Below, in pieces: positions 58,587 to 64,000 of a DNA stretch of 64,000 nucleotides. The notes under the pieces were generated by a model. It made no database searches. It was not told where the DNA came from and worked only from the letters and a program-made list of their open reading frames with translations. The stretch covers positions 896,001 through 960,000 of the forward strand of contig OZ220089.1 of the NCBI GenBank assembly GCA_964291625.2, in the 5' to 3' direction. The DNA comes from Candidatus Latescibacterota bacterium (lineage in GTDB: Bacteria; Latescibacterota; UBA2968; UBA8231). Position 1 is the stretch's first letter, and the number at the start of each line of letters is the position of its first letter. The translations under genes and the position numbers were made by a program.

Positions 58587-60398
58587 TCAGTTTCCATCCT
58601 CAGCCGTTGCCCAGGCGGAGCACCCATCTCGGGTGCAAGCCTCGATCCCGTATTGGCTGCCATAGTAGCCGTCATTTGCACTCCTGTGTGTGTAGGCGTT
58701 CTCGTAGACCTCCGAAGCCAGGAGTCCACAGTATTGGGGACGCTCCTCGCAGCTCCAGAAATCGTCATAGTAGATGTTGTAGTGGGAAGCCCCCTCCACG
58801 TGCTCCCAGCTCAGTTCCGCCACTCGTCCAACCCGAGTGAAGACAAAATTCCGTGGAGCTGTACAGAACGGCACGGCAGACCCCTCGGGCATGCACCCAT
58901 TCAGCGCGGCGTTTCCATTGAGGTTCAGTAGTTCCAGGTTGGGGAGATTGCCCAATTCCTGTGGGATAGACCCTTCCAACAGGTTGTCCTGGAGGTCAAG
59001 CCTTTCCAGGGCGGTGAGGTTTCCCAGCTCCGGTGGTATCTCCCCTCGCAACTCATTCTGGAACAGATACAGCGTCTTCAGCCGGGCGAGGTCCCCCAGT
59101 ACCGATGGAATCTCCCCATCCAACTGGTTGGTGGCGAGACCCATGGTCTCCAGGTAGGCAAGGTCGCCCAATTCCCATGGTATCTCCCCTCGCAGCTGGT
59201 TCTGTCCGAGGTCGAGGAATTCGAGGTTGGCGAGGTTGCCAAGCTCCGGGGGAATCTCCCCCTGCAACTGGTTCCCGGAGAGGTCCAGCCTTTGCAGGTT
59301 GGCCAAGTCCCCCAGTTCGGGCGGCAGGGTCCCGAACAGTTGGTTTTCCTCCAGTACCAGGTGGAGAACGATGAGGCCGCTGGGATCGGTCGTGACGCCG
59401 TGCCACTCGTTGAGGCCACGGCTGCTCGTCCACCTGTTATTGCTCGTCCAGTTGATTCCTCCCGTGGCATTGTAGAGGGCGATCAGTGCTGCGCGGTCTC
59501 CGGTAGCAGGGATCCCCCCTCCCTCGCCTCCGCCAGCGCCGGGAGGCCCCTGGGGGCCTTGGGGACCTCGCTCGCCCTGGGGGCCTTCGGGTCCTTCCGG
59601 GCCTTGGGGGCCTTGGGGGCCTTCAGGACCCTCGGGCCCTTGTTCGCCTTGTTCGCCTTGTTCGCCTTGTTCCCCTTGTTCCCCTTGGGGCCCTGCCGGA
59701 CCCCGCTCGCCCTGAGGGCCTTGAGGACCCTGCTCACCTCGCTCGCCCTGGGGGCCTTGAGGACCAGGAGGTCCTTGGGTTCCCTCTCCGGTGCCCTCAG
59801 GCCCTTGAGGGCCTTCGGGACCCTGTTCGCCTTGCTCACCCTGGGGGCCTTCAGGCCCTTGAGGCCCCTGGTCGCCTCGTTCTCCCTGTTCTCCCTGCTC
59901 TCCCTGCGGACCCTCAGGCCCCTGAGGCCCCTGTTCACCCTGGGGGCCCGCCGGACCCTGGCCGCCCTGTTCCCCCTGCGGACCCGCCGGGCCCTGTTCG
60001 CCGCGCGGACCCTGGCCGCCTTGCTCGCCCTGGGGACCCGCCGGACCCTGTTCGCCCCGCGGACCCTGGTCGCCCTGCTCGCCCTGGGGACCCGCTGGAC
60101 CCTGTTCGCCCTGCGGACCCTGATCGCCCTGCTCGCCCTGGGGACCGGCCGGACCTTGCTCCCCCTGCGGGCCTGCCGGGCCCTGCTCACCTTGGGGGCC
60201 GGCCGGACCTTGCTCACCCTGGTCGCCCTTCTCCCCCTGGTCGCCTTTCTCCCCCTGGGGTCCCTGGCCCCCAACTTCGCCCTGCTGTCCTTCTTCGCCC
60301 GTGGGCCCCATGGGGCCTGCCGGGCCCGGCGGCCCCTGTGGGCCTCTGCATGCGGCGAGGCCGAAGACCAACAACAACAGAAGTGCCGGATATCTCAT
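58587..60398 (-). CDS. Lipoprotein with long collagen triple-helix region, LRR block and FN3-like C-terminus
   Basis: GLAAC lipobox; ~85-90 Gly-X-Y triplets; LRRs; LSWEHV...YNIY. Confidence 0.88.
   Translation of the reverse strand: MRYPALLLLLVFGLAACRGPQGPPGPAGPMGPTGEEGQQGEVGGQGPQGEKGDQGEKGDQGEQGPAGPQGEQGPAGPQGEQGPAGPQGEQGDQGPQGEQGPAGPQGEQGDQGPRGEQGPAGPQGEQGGQGPRGEQGPAGPQGEQGGQGPAGPQGEQGPQGPEGPQGEQGEQGERGDQGPQGPEGPQGEQGEQGPEGPQGPEGTGEGTQGPPGPQGPQGERGEQGPQGPQGERGPAGPQGEQGEQGEQGEQGEQGPEGPEGPQGPQGPEGPEGPQGERGPQGPQGPPGAGGGEGGGIPATGDRAALIALYNATGGINWTSNNRWTSSRGLNEWHGVTTDPSGLIVLHLVLEENQLFGTLPPELGDLANLQRLDLSGNQLQGEIPPELGNLANLEFLDLGQNQLRGEIPWELGDLAYLETMGLATNQLDGEIPSVLGDLARLKTLYLFQNELRGEIPPELGNLTALERLDLQDNLLEGSIPQELGNLPNLELLNLNGNAALNGCMPEGSAVPFCTAPRNFVFTRVGRVAELSWEHVEGASHYNIYYDDFWSCEERPQYCGLLASEVYENAYTHRSANDGYYGSQYGIEACTRDGCSAWATAEDGN
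59540..60345. repeat. Collagen-like Gly-X-Y coding repeat (9/27-bp periodicity)
   Basis: GPQGEQGPA-type arrays with one short interruption (GTGEGT). Confidence 0.9.
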
Positions 60399-60427
60399 GA
60401 TCCTGCCTCCTTGACGTTTCTGAATGA

Positions 60428-61117
60428 TCAGAAGTGAAGCACAAGCCGGGCGCCTGCGGACCCGTTGCGTTGAATCACGGGATCGATCCCGAGCGTGACC
60501 CGGTCCCCACCCAGTTCCAGCAGATGTCCGAATTCCGGTTGCTGACCTTCCTCGTTGATCCGGTTGGCAGAGAGGTTCGCGTCGATCACCGACCACACGG
60601 CGCTACCCAACCAGAGAGGAGTCCCGACAAAGACCGTCCAATCATCGCCGTCCTCATCGACCCATTGGAGCGGATTGAGGGACGACTCTTCTTCATAGCT
60701 GTCATGAGTCTCCCAGTTGTCCCGCAGCCCCCACCACACGAGGCCGGCCCCGGCCACGGCCACACCGAGCTGGGGCAGCCCCTTTTCGTACTGGTCATTG
60801 TAGAACTGGCCGGCACCGGGGATCAGCAAGGACAGGCCCGAAGCAAGCCAGGGCTTCTTCTCCTCGGCCTTGATGAATCCTTCCTCCACTTTCATCACCC
60901 GTTCCCGGCTGATTTCGGCGATCTCGTAGATGGTGAACTCGAACACATTTCCGTCGGCCGTCTGTATCTTCAGCGATTCTCCTGGATTCTGTTCGATGAT
61001 GGTGCCGCGAACCGTCTCTCCATTCTTCAGATGGATGACATCTTCGATTTTCTGGGCCAGGAGGGGAGAGTGGGTTGCAAGCCCAGTCAACAGGAGAACC
61101 ACCAGGAAACCGCGCAT
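60428..61117 (-). CDS. Exported/membrane hypothetical protein
   Basis: Signal peptide, [38 protein letters not shown] (TM2-like motif), C-terminal Phe. Confidence 0.72.
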   Translation of the reverse strand: MRGFLVVLLLTGLATHSPLLAQKIEDVIHLKNGETVRGTIIEQNPGESLKIQTADGNVFEFTIYEIAEISRERVMKVEEGFIKAEEKKPWLASGLSLLIPGAGQFYNDQYEKGLPQLGVAVAGAGLVWWGLRDNWETHDSYEEESSLNPLQWVDEDGDDWTVFVGTPLWLGSAVWSVIDANLSANRINEEGQQPEFGHLLELGGDRVTLGIDPVIQRNGSAGARLVLHF

Positions 61118-61139
61118 AGCCGCCTTTCCTCCCAAGCCT

Positions 61140-64000
61140 CTATTCGAAAAGCCCCAGGGTGACGCGTCCGTTCTCGACCCGGCAGCCCCCTGTGGCGATG
61201 CAGGTATAAGTGGTTCCGTCCTGCAGCTCGATCTGCCCGCCGTTGCTGAAGGTGATGGTCGTGGTGCCGCCGGAGCTGGAAAGACTCGCGCCACCGGAGA
61301 GGCGCCTTGGTACGAAGAAGCCCGTGGGGACATTCGGAAGGGCATCCCCCACTCCATAGGTAGTACCGCTGCCGCTGCCGCCCCCGGCTCCCACGGCGAT
61401 GCCGGAGGGATCGACCAGTCCGTCGGAGCCGGTGAGGAGGTCCTCGACGCCGGAGCCGTCGAGGTTGGCCCGCTGCACCTTGTTCGCCCCCTCGTCGGCC
61501 CAGTACATCTTGCCGCCGGCAACGTCGAGGGCCAGCCCGTTGGGACTGTCCAGGCCGCTGGTGACGAGATCCTCCACATTGGCGCCGCTCAAGTCGGCCC
61601 GCTGAATCTTGTCCGTGCCCCGGTCGGTCCAGTACATCTTGCCGCCGGCCACGTCCAGGGCCAGGCCGAGGGGACTGCCCAACCCGCTGGTGACGAGATC
61701 TTCCACATTGGAGCCGCCCAGGTCGGCCCGCTGGATCTTCCTCGCGCCCGGGTTGGTCCAGTACATCTTGCCGCCGGAAACGTCGAGGGCCAACGCCCCC
61801 GGGAAGGTCAAGCCGCTGGTGACCAGGTCTTCGGCGCCGGAGCCGTCGAGGTTGGCCCGCTGGATCTTGTTCGTCTGTCGATTCGTCCAGTACATCTTGC
61901 CGCCGGACACGTCCAGGGCCAGCCCATAGGGGATCCCCAGGCCGGTGACGAGGTCTTCCACCCCGGAGCCGTCGAGGTTGGCCCGCTGGATCTTGTTGGT
62001 GCCCGCATCGGCCCAGTAGATCTTGCCGCCGGCCAGATCGAGGGAGAGCCCGTCCGGACCGTTCAGCCCGGCGCCGGAGACCAGGTCTTCGACATTGGAG
62101 CCGTCGAGGTCGGCGCGCTGGATCTTGTCGGTGCCCCAGTCCGACCAGTAGAGCTTCGACGTCCCGGAGGGTTGCGGATCCGGCTGAGTGACGGTCGCGG
62201 AAACGGTGACGGTCACGGCCGAGGAGCAGTTGTTCCCGGTATTGGTCTCGCCGCTGACGCTGGCCACGCAGGCGCCGTAGTAGTAGGTGCCGGCGTTGGA
62301 CGGGGCCGTGAGGTCATCCGAGTGGGCGCTGGTTCCAGAGGCCGCCAGGCCCCCCACGTGGTGGGATCCCGCCTCCTGCATATCGCTGGTGGAGATCGTC
62401 CCGTCCGTGGAGCGGTAGAAGCGCAGGGTCGTCGCGGCGGACCGGCCGCTGCCCTGGTTGCGGACCGTGGCGCTCAGCCTGAAGGAGGCCCCCGCATCCG
62501 GGTTACTGTTGCTGACCGACGGGGACTGCACCACCAGGTCGGGGGCCGGGGCGGCGCCCACGGTGACGGTCACGGCCGGGGAACAGTTGTTGCCGGTATT
62601 CGCTTCGCCGCTGACGCTCTCCACGCAGGCGCCATAGTAGTAGGTCCCGGCGCTGGCGGGCGCGGTCTGAGTGCTGTTCGCGACGTATCCTCCACCTACC
62701 CCAAGGAGAGGCACCGAGTCCGTGTCCAGCTGGGTGTCGCTCGAAGAGATCGTCCCGTCCGTGGAGCGGTAGAAGCGCAGGGTCGTCGCCGCCGCCTGAG
62801 CATCGCCCTGGTTTTCCACTGTGACGCTCAGAATGAAGGAGGCTCCCGCGGTCGGAGTGCTGGGGTTGGCGCGAGGCGTACCCACCACTATGTCCGGGGC
62901 GGTGGCGGCGCCGACCGTGACAGTCGCCGCGCTCGAGCAGTTGTTGCCCGTATTGCTCTCGCCGCTGACGCTCTCGACACATGCGCCGTAGTAGTAGGTG
63001 CCGGCGGTCGACGGAGCGGTGAGACGGATCGACTCGGCACCGGTCCTGGAGGGGTCCAGGAGGCTCACCCCGTCGGAACCGACCTCGGTGTCGCCGGTGG
63101 TAATCGTCGCGTCCGTGGAGCGGTAGTAGCGCAGCGTCGTCGAGGCCGAGCGGCCGCTGCCCTGGTTGCGCACCGTCGCCCGCAAGGTGAAGGAGGCCCC
63201 GGCCGACGGGCTGCTGCTGCTCACCGTCGGCGCCTCCACGATCAGATCCGGAACCGAGCCCGCGCCGACCGTCACCGTCACCGCGCTCGAGCAGTTGTTC
63301 CCCGTATTGCTCTCGCCGCTGACGCTCTCCACGCACGCCCCGTAGTGATACGTCCCCGCGCTCGAGGGTGCCCGGAGGCTGATCGACTCGGAGCTGGTCC
63401 GGCCGGCCGACAGGCTGAACACCCCGTCCGTGCCGACCTCCGTGTCGCCCGTCGTAATCGCCGCGTCCGTGGAGCGGTAGTAGCGCAGCGTCGTCGAGGC
63501 CGAGCGGCCGCTGCCCTGGTTGCGCACCGTCGCCCGCAAGGTGAAAGAGGCCCCGGCCGACGGGCTGCTCCCGCTCACCGTCGGCGCCTCGACGATCAGG
63601 TCCGGCATCGGGCCCGCGCCTACCGTCACCGTCACCGCGCTCGAGCAGTTGTTCCCCGTGTTGCTCTCGCCGCTGACGCTCTCCACGCACGCCCCGTAGT
63701 AATACGTCCCCGCGCTCGACGGAGCCCGGAGACGGATCGACTCGGAACTGGTCCGGCCGGCCGACAGGCTGAACACGTAGTCGGTGCCGGCCTCGGTGTC
63801 GCTCGTGCTGATCGTCGCGTCCGTGGAGAGGTAGTAGCGCAGCGTCGTCGAAGCCGAGCGGCCGCTGCCCTGGTTGCGCACCGTCGCCCGCAACGTGAAC
63901 GAGGCCCCGGCCGACGGGCTGCTCCCGCTCACCGTCGGGGATTCGACGATCAGGTCCGGCGCCGGGCCCGCGCCCACCGTCACCGTCACCGCGCTCGAGC
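61140..64000 (-). CDS. Large secreted protein (5' end outside the window): at least five CARDB repeats plus an LDL-receptor YWTD-type propeller
   Basis: PDLIVE.PTVS...ATVRNQG...YYGACV repeats; LYWSD/MYWTD...IQRANLDGS repeats. Confidence 0.88.
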   Translation of the reverse strand, partial: SSAVTVTVGAGPAPDLIVESPTVSGSSPSAGASFTLRATVRNQGSGRSASTTLRYYLSTDATISTSDTEAGTDYVFSLSAGRTSSESIRLRAPSSAGTYYYGACVESVSGESNTGNNCSSAVTVTVGAGPMPDLIVEAPTVSGSSPSAGASFTLRATVRNQGSGRSASTTLRYYRSTDAAITTGDTEVGTDGVFSLSAGRTSSESISLRAPSSAGTYHYGACVESVSGESNTGNNCSSAVTVTVGAGSVPDLIVEAPTVSSSSPSAGASFTLRATVRNQGSGRSASTTLRYYRSTDATITTGDTEVGSDGVSLLDPSRTGAESIRLTAPSTAGTYYYGACVESVSGESNTGNNCSSAATVTVGAATAPDIVVGTPRANPSTPTAGASFILSVTVENQGDAQAAATTLRFYRSTDGTISSSDTQLDTDSVPLLGVGGGYVANSTQTAPASAGTYYYGACVESVSGEANTGNNCSPAVTVTVGAAPAPDLVVQSPSVSNSNPDAGASFRLSATVRNQGSGRSAATTLRFYRSTDGTISTSDMQEAGSHHVGGLAASGTSAHSDDLTAPSNAGTYYYGACVASVSGETNTGNNCSSAVTVTVSATVTQPDPQPSGTSKLYWSDWGTDKIQRADLDGSNVEDLVSGAGLNGPDGLSLDLAGGKIYWADAGTNKIQRANLDGSGVEDLVTGLGIPYGLALDVSGGKMYWTNRQTNKIQRANLDGSGAEDLVTSGLTFPGALALDVSGGKMYWTNPGARKIQRADLGGSNVEDLVTSGLGSPLGLALDVAGGKMYWTDRGTDKIQRADLSGANVEDLVTSGLDSPNGLALDVAGGKMYWADEGANKVQRANLDGSGVEDLLTGSDGLVDPSGIAVGAGGGSGSGTTYGVGDALPNVPTGFFVPRRLSGGASLSSSGGTTTITFSNGGQIELQDGTTYTCIATGGCRVENGRVTLGLFE
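62200..64000. repeat. 354-bp tandem repeats encoding CARDB domains
   Basis: accgtcaccgtcaccgcgctcgagc recurs at 63268, 63622 and 63976 (period 354). Confidence 0.88.

Noticed and set aside
59540-60345. Periodic DNA that might suggest a CRISPR array or satellite
   Set aside because: It is an in-frame collagen coding repeat, with no unique spacers and no cas genes.

Overview
High-GC bacterial DNA with no rRNA, tRNA, CRISPR array, transposase or integrase that I can see. The many eukaryote-like repeat proteins (LRR, ankyrin, WD40, collagen, LDL-receptor-like YWTD, cadherin-like, FN3) and 'YPNPFN' FlgD-Ig domains suggest a host-associated Gram-negative, such as a sponge-symbiont Latescibacterota/Gemmatimonadota-type genome; this is inference only. 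Order of contents: (1) SNF2 helicase plus SWIM-HTH pair; (2) a small exported-protein gene and two giant paralogous LRR-metallopeptidase genes, the second frameshifted at a G homopolymer; each of the three genes is headed by a copy of the ligD upstream region and 5' end, two of them decayed; (3) NHEJ operon ligD-ku-TPR; (4) metabolic genes, an ankyrin protein, doxX and mscS; (5) a translationally coupled five-gene operon: Omp85, signal-peptide-bearing atypical kinase-like protein, Omp85, second kinase-like protein, NTT/TLC-family (ATP/ADP translocase-like) transporter. This operon is the best candidate for an undescribed system, possibly ATP-fuelled extracytoplasmic phosphorylation. (6) An array of modular secreted proteins sharing one C-terminal EF-hand + FlgD-Ig cassette; (7) a pseudo-trypsin-FHA / ExbD-like-vWA / MotA-TolQ-ExbB / FHA / PP2C / Ser-Thr kinase-ankyrin operon; (8) collagen-stalk lipoproteins and a partial CARDB-repeat/YWTD protein. 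All calls come from motif recognition by eye; no database searches were run.
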